A stretch of 32,000 bases of DNA, from NCBI GenBank assembly GCA_016840515.1, contig JAEOSF010000036.1, forward strand, positions 3,959 through 35,958, written 5' to 3'. This stretch comes from Candidatus Borrarchaeum yapensis. GTDB taxonomy: Archaea; Asgardarchaeota; Sifarchaeia; Borrarchaeales; Borrarchaeaceae. This document shows positions 10,794-19,855 of the stretch, in pieces (position 1 is the stretch's first letter; every line of letters starts with the position of its first letter). The translations under genes were made by a program, and so were the position numbers. The notes beneath the pieces are model-generated. The model was not told where the DNA came from. It made no database searches and saw nothing but the letters and a program-made list of their open reading frames with translations.

Positions 10794-11083
10794 GTTAGTG
10801 TTTCCTGACACTAACTCGATGCAATCATAGGTCGGCAATTGCTCTCATTCCTTTGCACCGTTCTCTCATGCCAGGTGATCTTAACAACCCTCTCCCGCTG
10901 GCTGTCTCACGTCTGGGTTGACTCTGTTTTCATTGATGGGTGACACACCCTGCCTCAACAAGAGCCCTATTTCGTGAATTTTAAATAACCAACGGTGCTC
11001 CAGATGTCGCCTTAGTTTTGCTCTATAGCCATCATCGTTATTCCTAGGCTAGTCCTCGAAAAAGGTCTTTCCTTTCATCGCTT
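10794..11083 (-). ncRNA. GC-rich structured RNA candidate, unclassified (RNase P RNA is one hypothesis)
   Basis: About 290 nt, purine-rich on the minus strand, markedly GC-richer than its flanks, with no ORF. A perfect 8-bp long-range helix (GCACCGUU/AACGGUGC) encloses two hairpin domains (CACG..CGUG and GCCAG..CUGGC). The 3' end has the hairpin GUUAGUGU..ACACUAAC followed by a U-rich tract. A TTAAATTA box lies about 30 nt upstream of the proposed 5' end. Motifs AUAGGGC, GGCAGGGUG and AACAGAG recall RNase P RNA, but I could not build P4. Confidence 0.3.
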
Positions 11084-11246
11084 GGATCTATATACTCATA
11101 GACTAATTTAAGGATTTTTATTTTGCACGTTACGTTTGCTGTTTTTCTCTCAAAAATCTTATAATCACAAAATAATAAGCAGGTAACACTTCAATACGAA
11201 ATTTAAATTAGTAAGAACACATCATTTTTATCGACAACTTAGCCCC

Positions 11247-12797
11247 GTGCAGAGGTGCTTTCTAATGAAACAGTCGCTGACACTATTTGACACAGAAGAA
11301 ACTGTCCTCAAAACTCTTAAAGACGATTTGATGGATATTAAGAGTATATCAAAATCTACTCAATTAGATAATGCTCAGATAAACTCAATTGCATTTTCAC
11401 TTCAAGAAAAAGGACTGGTTCAAATAGTTGAGGAAAAAAGCACATTCATCTTTTTGTCAGACGAAGGCAAAAAATATGCCGCGTTAAAATTGCCCGAGAT
11501 TCGATTACTTCATTATCTCTGTAAAGTAGGAGCACAAGAAATCCCTACACTCCTACAGACGCAAGATCACGGAATGGAAAAGGTAGAGGTTACAATAGGA
11601 CTCAATTGGTTAAAGAAAAAGAAATGGGCAGAGCTTCAAAAACAACAAAATGGAGCAACGCTCCTTTATGTAACTGAAAATGGCAAAGAAGCAGCACTTG
11701 ACCCCTGTTGCGAAGAGGAACTAATTTCTCTTTTAGCTGAAAGTGATTTAGTCTTAGAGGAAATGCCATCTAAGTATAAAGATAGTTATCTTGAATTTAG
11801 AAAAAGAAAATTACTAAAAGAAAAGGAAATAACAACAAGAAAACTTCAATTAACGGAACTTGGAATGAAAGTGGCGGCAGGAGAAGTCCAAATTATCAAA
11901 GAAGTAAGTAAACTTACTCGTGATGATATAACCTCTGGAAGATGGAAATCTGTCGTGCTTAAACCCTATAATGTTACAGCATCTCCTCCTACTGTATATC
12001 TCGGGAAGAAACAGCCGTTCCTTGAATTCTTAGAAGAGGTAAGAAGAGCAGTAATCGGAATGGGATTTCAAGAGGCAAAAGGTCCCCTCATCGAGATGGA
12101 GTTTTGGAATTTTGACGCTCTTTTCCAGGCTCAGGATCACCCCGCGAGGGAGATACACGATACGTATTACTTAAAAGATCCGATATTTGGTGATTTAGAA
12201 CTAGATGATCTAAGAAAACGAGTCAAAGCGACTCACGAAAATGGCTGGACAACCGGTTCGCGCGGTTGGAGATATCCTTGGAGTTTGAAACGTGCATCCC
12301 GACTTATTCTTCGTTCCCAAACTACATCGGTATCTATGCGATTTTTGCATGAGCATAAGACTCCCCCACTCAAAATGTTCTGCCTTGATAGGAATTTCAG
12401 ACCTGATGTCTTAGATGCTACACATGCTATAGAGTTTTTTCAATTGGAGGGTATTGTAGGCGACAAGAGCTTGACTTTAAAACACCATCTAGGATATTTG
12501 AAACAAATTGTGATAGAACTAATTCCAGGTGCAGAAGTGAAATTTAAACCGGGCTATTTTCCTTTTACGGAACCTTCTGTTGAAGTCTTCGCTCGTCATC
12601 CGAAACTAGGATGGATAGAAGTCGGAGGATCTGGAATTTTCCGACCAGAAGTCGTAAAACCATTTAATGTTGACTTTCAGGTGCTCGCTTGGGGGATTGG
12701 CATTGCAAGATTAGCTATGATTTACCTTGAGTATGATGATATTCGCGATCTTTATAGCGATAACCTTGACCTTCTACGGACTAAGGAAGTGAGGTAA
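11247..12797 (+). CDS. pheS: phenylalanyl-tRNA synthetase alpha subunit (archaeal/eukaryal type)
   Basis: Long N-terminal winged-helix region plus a class II core (FQAQDHPARE, FRPD..DATH..EFFQLEG, GYFPFTEPS, GSGIFRPEV, GIGIARLAM). The ATG at 11265 is an alternative start. Confidence 0.93.
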   Translation: MQRCFLMKQSLTLFDTEETVLKTLKDDLMDIKSISKSTQLDNAQINSIAFSLQEKGLVQIVEEKSTFIFLSDEGKKYAALKLPEIRLLHYLCKVGAQEIPTLLQTQDHGMEKVEVTIGLNWLKKKKWAELQKQQNGATLLYVTENGKEAALDPCCEEELISLLAESDLVLEEMPSKYKDSYLEFRKRKLLKEKEITTRKLQLTELGMKVAAGEVQIIKEVSKLTRDDITSGRWKSVVLKPYNVTASPPTVYLGKKQPFLEFLEEVRRAVIGMGFQEAKGPLIEMEFWNFDALFQAQDHPAREIHDTYYLKDPIFGDLELDDLRKRVKATHENGWTTGSRGWRYPWSLKRASRLILRSQTTSVSMRFLHEHKTPPLKMFCLDRNFRPDVLDATHAIEFFQLEGIVGDKSLTLKHHLGYLKQIVIELIPGAEVKFKPGYFPFTEPSVEVFARHPKLGWIEVGGSGIFRPEVVKPFNVDFQVLAWGIGIARLAMIYLEYDDIRDLYSDNLDLLRTKEVR

Positions 12798-12803
12798 AAC
12801 AAA

Positions 12804-14498
12804 ATGCCAACTATTACAGTTTCTTATAATGACCTTATTAGTCTGATTGGAAAAGAGATCCCATTAGAAACAATAGAGGATCGTTTGTTTTACATTAAAG
12901 CAGAAGTTGAAGATATCACACCAATTTATGGGTCAAAAAATGAAGTAATTGATCACGATCTTCAAGTTGAGATCACTTCAGACAGACCTGATCTGCTCTC
13001 AGCAAGTGGTCTCGCGCGCGTCTTAAAAGGTGTTTTTGAAATAGAAATGGGGCTCCAAAAGTTTGATGTTGAACCTTCTGGAATTCAATGTACTGTAGAC
13101 TCTTCTGTACTAGATGTACGTCCCTATATCGTTTGTGGCGTTGTTAAAAATGTTCATTTAACAGATGCCTTAGTTCGACAGTTAATGCAACTCCAGGAAA
13201 AAATTCACGACACCCACTGTCGTAGACGGCGAAAGGGCTCTATTGGGCTTCACAATCTCGATGCAGTTGAACCACCTTTCGCATACTTGGCAGAAAAACC
13301 AGAGAATATCAACTTCGTTCCACTTAACGAGACAGAAAAAATGAATGGGTATGAAATACTAAGAGAGATTCCAAAAGGGCGGGATTATGCTCATATAATA
13401 TCGGATTTCGACAGATATCCGCTTTTGGTTGACAAAAATGGTGATGTTCTCTCTCTTCCCCCAATAATCAATGGCAATCTAACAAGAGTTGACATGGATA
13501 CTAGAAATCTCTTTTTTGACGTGACCGGAACTGATGAATATATCATTATTTATGCTCTACACATTCTTCTTGCTGATCTTTACGATCGTGGCGCGAAAAT
13601 CGAATCAGTTGAGATTCTCTATCCTGACAAAACTCCTGAAGTTTACCCTAACTTCACACCTACTAAAATGAACTTGAGTCTAAAAAACACAAATGAACTG
13701 CTTGGATTTGGCTTAAACCTGAATGATTTAACAACTATACTGAAAAAGATGCGATTTGATTCAAAAGAAATTGATGATGACACTTTAGAGGTTCTTGTGC
13801 CTGTATATCGACCAGACTTTCTTCATGAAGTTGATATAATCGAAGACGTGAGTATTGGCTATGGCTATGATATAATGGAACCTGAGCTTCCGCAATCAAT
13901 GACTGTGGGCGGCGAACTTCCTTTAAGCACATTCGAACGTAAAATTAAAGATTTGATGGTTGGAATGGGCTTTCAAGAAATTTTGAATTATGTCCTTACA
14001 AATAAGCATGATCTTGAGACAATTCGTTCATTTACTGAATCTAATGAGATAACTGAAATTGCTAACCCTGTAAGTGAGAAATATACTTTCATTCGCAATC
14101 AATTACTGCCAGGACTCATTAACTTTCTGAATAAAAATACCCATAGTGCTTTTCCGCAGAAAATCTTTGAGATAGGCCCTGTCGGAATCCCTGATTCGTC
14201 TGTTATAAATAAGGTGCGTACTGTTTCAAGAATCGCTGCAGCCATTACTGACTATGCTACAAGTTATGAGCATATTCAAGCAGTAGTAGGAGGGCTTCTC
14301 AACAACTTAGGCGTTCCATTTGAACTGAAAACTGCGGTCAATCCTTCTTTTCTTGAGGGAAGAGTTGCTGAGGTCTTTGTAAAAGGTAACAAAGTAGGTG
14401 TTTTGGGAGAACTTCATCCCGAGGTATTGCTTAAATTTAAACTAGAAAACCCCACCGCCGTTTTCGAAATTGAAGAACTCCCGCTCTTTGAAGCATAG
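12804..14498 (+). CDS. pheT: phenylalanyl-tRNA synthetase beta subunit (archaeal/eukaryal type)
   Basis: Starts 7 nt after pheS. B3/4 and B5 domain features are present (RPDLLSASGLAR, RPDFLHEVDIIEDV.IGYGY). Confidence 0.92.
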   Translation: MPTITVSYNDLISLIGKEIPLETIEDRLFYIKAEVEDITPIYGSKNEVIDHDLQVEITSDRPDLLSASGLARVLKGVFEIEMGLQKFDVEPSGIQCTVDSSVLDVRPYIVCGVVKNVHLTDALVRQLMQLQEKIHDTHCRRRRKGSIGLHNLDAVEPPFAYLAEKPENINFVPLNETEKMNGYEILREIPKGRDYAHIISDFDRYPLLVDKNGDVLSLPPIINGNLTRVDMDTRNLFFDVTGTDEYIIIYALHILLADLYDRGAKIESVEILYPDKTPEVYPNFTPTKMNLSLKNTNELLGFGLNLNDLTTILKKMRFDSKEIDDDTLEVLVPVYRPDFLHEVDIIEDVSIGYGYDIMEPELPQSMTVGGELPLSTFERKIKDLMVGMGFQEILNYVLTNKHDLETIRSFTESNEITEIANPVSEKYTFIRNQLLPGLINFLNKNTHSAFPQKIFEIGPVGIPDSSVINKVRTVSRIAAAITDYATSYEHIQAVVGGLLNNLGVPFELKTAVNPSFLEGRVAEVFVKGNKVGVLGELHPEVLLKFKLENPTAVFEIEELPLFEA

Positions 14499-14527
14499 AA
14501 GAATAAGAATTGCATTAATTAATGCGC

Positions 14528-15013
14528 TCACTTTTTTTCTTTAAGTAACTTCCCATTTTTGTTAATCGTCCCTTTCCTAATTCGTGACGATGAAATTGGC
14601 ATCCCATCTTCTGCTAATACGCGGGGTACACTTATTATGGTTAAGGGCGCAAGCCTATTTGCTTTTCTTATGTCATTGATTTCTTCTGCAGTAGGACGAG
14701 TTTCTTCAGTAACGATTATTGCCTCCATTTCAGACAATGTAATTGCAGGACCATATCGATCATTAAGCTTCACAATTTTGGCGTGTTGGAGAAGTTCATT
14801 ATTTTGCAAATAGTTTTCCATGTTTTTAACGCGCTGCGTATAAGATTGGACTTTTTTGGCGTTATCTTTATCGGAAAGCATTTCCTCAGAAGTAATTCCA
14901 ATTAAAACATGCTCTCCGATTTCAAAAGCTTTCTGAAGAAGTGTTTTATGTCCTTTATGAATACGGTCGAAGGTCCCACCAATACCGACAAACGAATATT
15001 CTTTTTGTGGCAC
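14528..15013 (-). CDS. coaD: phosphopantetheine adenylyltransferase (archaeal PPAT, cytidylyltransferase fold)
   Basis: 161 aa with the GGTFDRIHKGHKTLL nucleotidyltransferase motif and a C-terminal SSSRIR. Confidence 0.82.
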   Translation of the reverse strand: MPQKEYSFVGIGGTFDRIHKGHKTLLQKAFEIGEHVLIGITSEEMLSDKDNAKKVQSYTQRVKNMENYLQNNELLQHAKIVKLNDRYGPAITLSEMEAIIVTEETRPTAEEINDIRKANRLAPLTIISVPRVLAEDGMPISSSRIRKGTINKNGKLLKEKK

Positions 15014-15063
15014 AGATTTCCCTCAGGTTCCCTCTACAGTTTTATAGTTACTTCGCAAGAAGA

Positions 15064-15372
15064 CCCCTCAACATGTTGGGGGGATGAATTGCGTTACTTT
15101 TTCACTGTCACCCAGGTCTCTATAACTTTTAAATAGCTGTTCGCATACCTATGACCTGTGTCTACCTGCAGGCAAGAGGTCGGCATGCGAGTACCCTTCT
15201 GAACCCTGTATGCCGTAAAGCCCAGTGGGTCTGGAAGGGGACACAGTAGGGCAGGGACTGTCCGATTTAAAGCCTGTGTTAAGCCGATACCTGGTAACGG
15301 TATGGTTGGAGACGCTGCAGGTCGTCTGTGAAGCAGGAAGCCATTCAACTTGTGGGATGGTAGTTCACGTGA
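15064..15372 (+). ncRNA. ffs: signal recognition particle RNA (7S/SRP RNA); ends approximate
   Basis: The segment CCCAGUGGGUCUGGAAGGGGACACAGUAGGGCAGGGAC (15221-15260) closely resembles the archaeal helix-8 core as I recall it from M. jannaschii (CCAGGCCCGGAAGGGAGCAACGGUAGGCAGGAC). Long-range helix-5 pairings are present (GACCUG/CAGGUC, CAUACC/GGUAUG, UGAAUUGC/GCCAUUCA). A TTTTATAG box at 15040-15047 sits about 25-30 nt upstream. Length of about 310 nt fits. The only ORF here is the antisense 15094..15375. Confidence 0.7.
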
Positions 15373-15423
15373 CAAACTAAAAAAATAATTGTTAGCCTCC
15401 CCACTAAAAAACTTGTTTCTAAT

Positions 15424-15855
15424 CTACGCGCTTTGAGCGGTTTCTGTACTTTGAGGTTTAACTTCGAGTGGATTATAGGCATAAATTAAATCTATGTAAA
15501 GTGTATCTTGTCCTCCACATAACGGACAATTTCCTAGTTTCTTGTAGACATAATCGCCTTCCTTGAAGTCTCTAATTTCTGAGTATTCGCATCCTTCTTG
15601 TTCGCATTTTAATTGAGACACTGTATGCCACTCAATCTTTTTTGAACGCCCTTTGATCCAGAAATTAAATAACCAGATCGCTCCAAGTATTAAGAGACCA
15701 TACAACAATTGTGTTTGCCATTGACTCCCTTGTGGATTCTGAAAATAGCCTGCAGTTGCCGATACTATGAAATATAAGGATACTACCATTCCAATGCCTA
15801 TAAGGATTAAAATTACACGCGAAACGCGTGCTTGGGGTCTTTTTTCTTCACTCAT
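15424..15855 (-). CDS. membrane protein with C-terminal zinc-ribbon-like domain
   Basis: Two predicted TM helices followed by CEQEGC..CPLCG. Lies 10 nt downstream of the gene at 15866..16999, so probably an operon. Confidence 0.6.
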   Translation of the reverse strand: MSEEKRPQARVSRVILILIGIGMVVSLYFIVSATAGYFQNPQGSQWQTQLLYGLLILGAIWLFNFWIKGRSKKIEWHTVSQLKCEQEGCEYSEIRDFKEGDYVYKKLGNCPLCGGQDTLYIDLIYAYNPLEVKPQSTETAQSA

Positions 15856-15865
15856 CTTTTCAACC

Positions 15866-16999
15866 TCATTGTCCTACTCCAAGTGTGTTTCCAATTCCTG
15901 CTACGACTATCGTATCTCCTTCGTTTGTTTGATTATTAATAATCCAATGAATGCGTTTAATGACATCATCTACGGACATTGCTATTGATTTTTTCATTGA
16001 AGTCAGAGCGTCCTCGATCGATTGCTTTACTATTATTGCATCAATAGGGATATTGTACTTTACACCAGATTCTTCTATTTTGTGTTTTTCGGGTCCGGGA
16101 TCGCCAATTGCTGCGCCGACACCTTCGATCACATCGCCTGTCACTTCGCCTTCTAACTTCAAGGCGGCATCGATCATTATTACACGAGCAACTTTCCCTT
16201 CTTTTTCCTCTATGACATTCTTTACTCCAAGTCCGGGCTTTCCAACAGTACCTCCGGGTCCCTTAGCCTTTACAATGATGACATTGCGGTTATTTATGTT
16301 CTTTTCGACTGCAACGACCTCTTTTGCTACCTCTTTCGGTTCACCGCCTCTCATGAGTCGCGCTGCGACAAGAGGTCCTACGCCATCACCGATGGGTTTA
16401 CCTTCTGCAAAGCACTTCAACGCTTCGAAATACGCCTTAGCAAAGATCATAATTAAGGGGAGCTGCATGTAAATTTGCATGATTAAAAATGTGCTCTTAG
16501 TTTTCTTGCCAAGTAATAAGAAGTGACGTATTATTCTAAAGATAGTGAAAACGGCTATTGTCGCCTCAATCACGTTTTCAAGTGTTTTAGAATCCGCCTC
16601 ATTCGCTTTAGGTGCGACGCGAGAGACGAAGTCTTCGAATCTTGACTTTCTCACATCCATCAAATGCTCTAATCGGTTTAAAACTCCTGCCGGGTCTTTA
16701 TCCACAGGCATTATCATAAAGAATTCAAGGAACCCTTCTATCGTATCAAACACTTCCTCGTCAGAAGCATCGCTAAAATTCGAGACCCGTAACTTGCAGA
16801 TTACTTTCCCCTCCCTCTGCCATACATCCAGCTTCATAAGTGCGCGTTCAATTTGTTTAAGCCACATGAATTGCTGAATACGCTGTCCATAAAATATTGA
16901 GAAAATGATAAAGACAAAGAATAATAAATTAAAGATAACGGCATATGGATTACTTCCTTCCCCACTGCCACCTGTTAATAAATCTAATAACCCTTGCAT
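15866..16999 (-). CDS. conserved archaeal membrane-anchored protein (tentatively DUF1512-like)
   Basis: 377 aa, N-terminal TM helix, long well-formed ORF. The family name is from memory only. Confidence 0.7.
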   Translation of the reverse strand: MQGLLDLLTGGSGEGSNPYAVIFNLLFFVFIIFSIFYGQRIQQFMWLKQIERALMKLDVWQREGKVICKLRVSNFSDASDEEVFDTIEGFLEFFMIMPVDKDPAGVLNRLEHLMDVRKSRFEDFVSRVAPKANEADSKTLENVIEATIAVFTIFRIIRHFLLLGKKTKSTFLIMQIYMQLPLIMIFAKAYFEALKCFAEGKPIGDGVGPLVAARLMRGGEPKEVAKEVVAVEKNINNRNVIIVKAKGPGGTVGKPGLGVKNVIEEKEGKVARVIMIDAALKLEGEVTGDVIEGVGAAIGDPGPEKHKIEESGVKYNIPIDAIIVKQSIEDALTSMKKSIAMSVDDVIKRIHWIINNQTNEGDTIVVAGIGNTLGVGQ

Positions 17000-17182
17000 C
17001 TTTTTCAGCCAGCCTCAAATACAAGTATTTATCCGTTTTCAATATTCATACGACACTTTGCTATGCATTATCCTATTCACTTTTAAACTATTCCTTAATG
17101 GACACAGTTGACAAGAATTCAGACAGGATACATTGAATAGAGCGAAAATCCTCTAAAGGGAATTGATATAAGCAGAAAAAGT

Positions 17183-17305
17183 GGACCTTCAGCATTCAGT
17201 TTTCCCATCTGCTCTCGCAAGATAGTACTCACACGAACGTGTCCAGGCTTAACTTCTGAGTTCGGCTGGGATCAGGTGTGACCCTGGACCTATGACCGAA
17301 GATCC
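17183..17305 (-). rRNA. rrf: 5S ribosomal RNA
   Basis: The minus-strand RNA GGAUCUUCGGUCAUAGGUCCAGGGUCACACCUGAUCCCAGCCGAACUCAGAAGUUAAGCC.. contains the universal CCGAACUCAGAAGUUAAGC block. Helix I (GGAUCUUCGG / CUGAAGGUCC) closes the molecule. Length 123 nt. Confidence 0.95.
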
Positions 17306-17371
17306 AACTACAAGCATATAGGATCCATATAAAAACTTAACTATAGCTTATTTTGAGATGATTTTTAATAG

Positions 17372-17609
17372 TGGTGGGGACGGAGGGATTTTCAGAAAAA
17401 GAGGTTATCTCTATTTTCCTTTGAACCCCCGACATCCGCCAACCCGTGAATCCACGTTTTGTCATCGGGTTTCTCTGGTAAGCACAACTCCAGAAGATCT
17501 TCATCCTTCCGTCAGTTTTTGCTATTTACAAACCTCTGGAGCCCGACGTGCTACATTACCTCATACTAACCTACCAGAGATTAATACGAACTGGCTACAC
17601 TACGTCCCC
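17372..17609 (-). tRNA. tRNA-Trp(CCA) with four putative introns; CCA encoded
   Basis: Acceptor GGGGACG/CGUCCCC and A73. Anticodon arm UCGGG-CUCCAG[65 nt]A-CCCGA. T arm GGGGG-UUCAAA[31 nt]U-CCCUC. D arm GUGU-AGCCAG[36 nt]GUA-GCAC. Variable loop UG[29 nt]GUC. The segment lengths sum exactly to 238 nt, giving a 77-nt mature tRNA. Confidence 0.85.
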
Positions 17610-17711
17610 AATTCAATTGTAGGTACGAAATAGTGTTCTTGATTCAATTTTAAATCTTACTAAAATGATGTTTTGATTATTCCTCAATTACAAAATAACT
17701 TTGAAGAAGTG

Positions 17712-18857
17712 TTATTTCCTTAGTTCGCTTACAATTTTCTTTAAATCATCTGCTGTCGCTGATGGACCTACGAGTAATATTTTTTTACGTCCACCTGATC
17801 CCACGTGGCAATAGACTGCAAGGTTTTCAGTTCCTACAATATAAATATCACAGTCTTTCGCATCGCTTAACACTAAGGTATTTTGGGTTCGTTCTTTCTC
17901 TAACACACCACCAAGTAACAAGGTGTCCTGAAATTTGTCATCGCCAACAGCATCTAAAATGAATCCAATATCGCTCCAGAGACTCCCATCAACTGTGATG
18001 TAGTAATAGTCATTGAATCGTGAATTCAGATCATGTGAGAAATCTAAGGGTCCAAGTGGTTGAGATTTTTTATAGGAAAGCCGCACAACATCATCAGCAT
18101 CATTGCCTTCGCTAACAGCCTCTTTTATAGCCTGTGTAAGTTTATCTAAAACATCATCACCCGAGAAGGCCTTTAACCATGCAAGAATCGTGCCGCTCCA
18201 AATCATTGTGTTAATTCCAAAAACCACATCTGCACCTACTTTTTCTAATACGCTTGCATCTGGTTTCTCACGAAACTGAACGCATTTCAAAAGTGGGTAT
18301 TCGCCCTCTTCTAAGAGGACACATTCAGCAATGCCCATTTGAGTCGGATCATGATGTTCTTGAAACGAGGCTTGCAGACCTATAATTTTTTCGGGATGTT
18401 CCATCGTCTTATTTAAGAGGACAAGTTCAGCATTGATGAATTCATCAGCTTTATCATGATCACAGGGCATAAAGATTAGCAGAATTTCTTCTGCACAATC
18501 CTCGTTGATCCATCCTGTAATCTTGCATTTTTTACATTGATTCAAATGGGAGTAAATTATTCGTGCAATTGCAGCTGGAAACATATGTCCATTAGAACGG
18601 ACAAACGGAGGCTCTTTTAGGACTATATCGATTTTAGCCTCTTTAATCCACGATTGCGTTGCATCATCCTCTTTGATGGCGAGTATAACTTGTAGAGGTG
18701 TCCGTTCTCGAACACGTAGAACATCAGCCAGCAACATCCTAGTTTTATCTCGTCTTATCTTCAGTAAGTGCTTAGGAAATCCTCCAAATCGCGCTGCTCG
18801 TCCCCCAGCCGATGTTAAAAGAAATTTCTCTGTGTGATGGATTTTACTCTGTGCCAT
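17712..18857 (-). CDS. nucleotidyltransferase-fold protein (sugar-phosphate nucleotidyltransferase-like)
   Basis: The N-terminal LLTSAGGRAARFGGFPKHLL resembles the G-x-G-x-R..PK.LL motif of NTP-transferases. 381 aa. Confidence 0.6.
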   Translation of the reverse strand: MAQSKIHHTEKFLLTSAGGRAARFGGFPKHLLKIRRDKTRMLLADVLRVRERTPLQVILAIKEDDATQSWIKEAKIDIVLKEPPFVRSNGHMFPAAIARIIYSHLNQCKKCKITGWINEDCAEEILLIFMPCDHDKADEFINAELVLLNKTMEHPEKIIGLQASFQEHHDPTQMGIAECVLLEEGEYPLLKCVQFREKPDASVLEKVGADVVFGINTMIWSGTILAWLKAFSGDDVLDKLTQAIKEAVSEGNDADDVVRLSYKKSQPLGPLDFSHDLNSRFNDYYYITVDGSLWSDIGFILDAVGDDKFQDTLLLGGVLEKERTQNTLVLSDAKDCDIYIVGTENLAVYCHVGSGGRKKILLVGPSATADDLKKIVSELRK

Positions 18858-19031
18858 TAAGTTCTCCTCATTTTAATCTTCAGGCATCCCATCTGAATAC
18901 CATGATTTTGGAAAAGTCTCTACATTTCTATATTAGAACAGGTTACAAATAAAAAAGTTAACTTCGATTTTAAGAGGCTTATTCAGAATTTCCGCGCTCA
19001 CTGTTATATTCTACGAGGTTTATGAGCTGTT

Positions 19032-19574
19032 TTAATTTACAAAAAGGGTCGCCGTATAAATATTACCTATATCTGAGTAAATCGTAATCCTTACAAGGCT
19101 GTCTGCAGCAAAATAATCTCCAGAACCTTCACAATAGAATTTAATGTAGACAAAAATGCGTCCAGCAGGAATATGTAAGTTAAAATCGTTCGCTTTAGAA
19201 TTAAGTAGTAACTCATCGTCCCCTAAATAGACGGCTACTTTCCAATTGTCATCCTTCCATGAGGTCCAGACTCTATCCATATTCTCCACTTTCAGGCGTG
19301 TCAGAATAACCTCAGTATTTCCCGTGTTTGTAAGAATTATACTCATAGCATAGTCCTTTGGTGAACCTCCAGGCCTTACTGTGTATTGATTTGCTTTATC
19401 TCCATCCCTTCCATAATATTGAAAGCCACCCACCGCAAGCCGTTCTTCCTGCTGTGCGACTAAGATGAGTAAAACACCTATAAACAGTGTTATGAAAATC
19501 AGTGCCCCAAGAAATAAGACGTAACCCTTCATTGATTTGAGTTTATACAAGTTCCGAGCCCTCGTTTTCTTCAT
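19032..19574 (-). CDS. hypothetical N-terminally anchored extracellular protein
   Basis: Basic N-terminus (..KSMKG) followed by a single hydrophobic helix, then a beta-rich body. A class III (pilin-like) signal is possible but unproven. Confidence 0.55.
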   Translation of the reverse strand: MKKTRARNLYKLKSMKGYVLFLGALIFITLFIGVLLILVAQQEERLAVGGFQYYGRDGDKANQYTVRPGGSPKDYAMSIILTNTGNTEVILTRLKVENMDRVWTSWKDDNWKVAVYLGDDELLLNSKANDFNLHIPAGRIFVYIKFYCEGSGDYFAADSLVRITIYSDIGNIYTATLFVN

Positions 19575-19741
19575 TGATTAAGGTAACCTTTGGATAATGC
19601 CTTTTCAAGGAGTCTCTATCAATATTAAATGAAATGTATAGATGGATTGTATATATGAAACATATAGGTGAAACTCAAATAGTATTTGTTGAGTCACCAT
19701 AAAATTAAAAAAACAAAAAGCAAATCATTAACAAAGCAGTC

Positions 19742-19817
19742 GCCGCCGTAGCTCAGTTGGCAGAGCGTTGGACTTGTAATCCAATGGTCGAGGGTTCAAA
19801 TCCCTTCGGCGGCTCCA
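19742..19817 (+). tRNA. tRNA-Thr(UGU), intron-less, CCA encoded
   Basis: Perfect cloverleaf: GCCGCCG UA GCUC AGUUGGCA GAGC G UUGGA CUUGUAA UCCAA UGGUC GAGGG UUCAAAU CCCUU CGGCGGC U CCA. Confidence 0.97.
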
Positions 19818-19855
19818 TCTCACGGGCCTCATCCCAACAGATAGTTACTTAATGT

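Noticed and set aside
10794-11083. Confident annotation as RNase P RNA
   Set aside because: The candidate CR-I-like strings (GAAAGGAAAGACC, GAGGACUAGCC) have no matching 3' P4 strand, and the GCCGACCUAU string has no 5' partner. I kept it only as an unclassified RNA candidate.
15094-15375. 93-aa ORF on the minus strand
   Set aside because: It lies entirely antisense to the SRP RNA gene. Its GC-rich, Pro/Leu/Arg-rich translation is typical of an artefact over a structured RNA.
17471-17535. Calling the tRNA-Trp intron a bona fide box C/D guide RNA
   Set aside because: Only an internal CUGA..AUGAAGA pair is present. The terminal C and D boxes are missing or degenerate, and the anticodon-complementary stretch is not positioned 5 nt upstream of a D box.
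17358-17633. 91-aa ORF on the plus strand
   Set aside because: It is antisense to the intron-containing tRNA-Trp gene and has no coding features.
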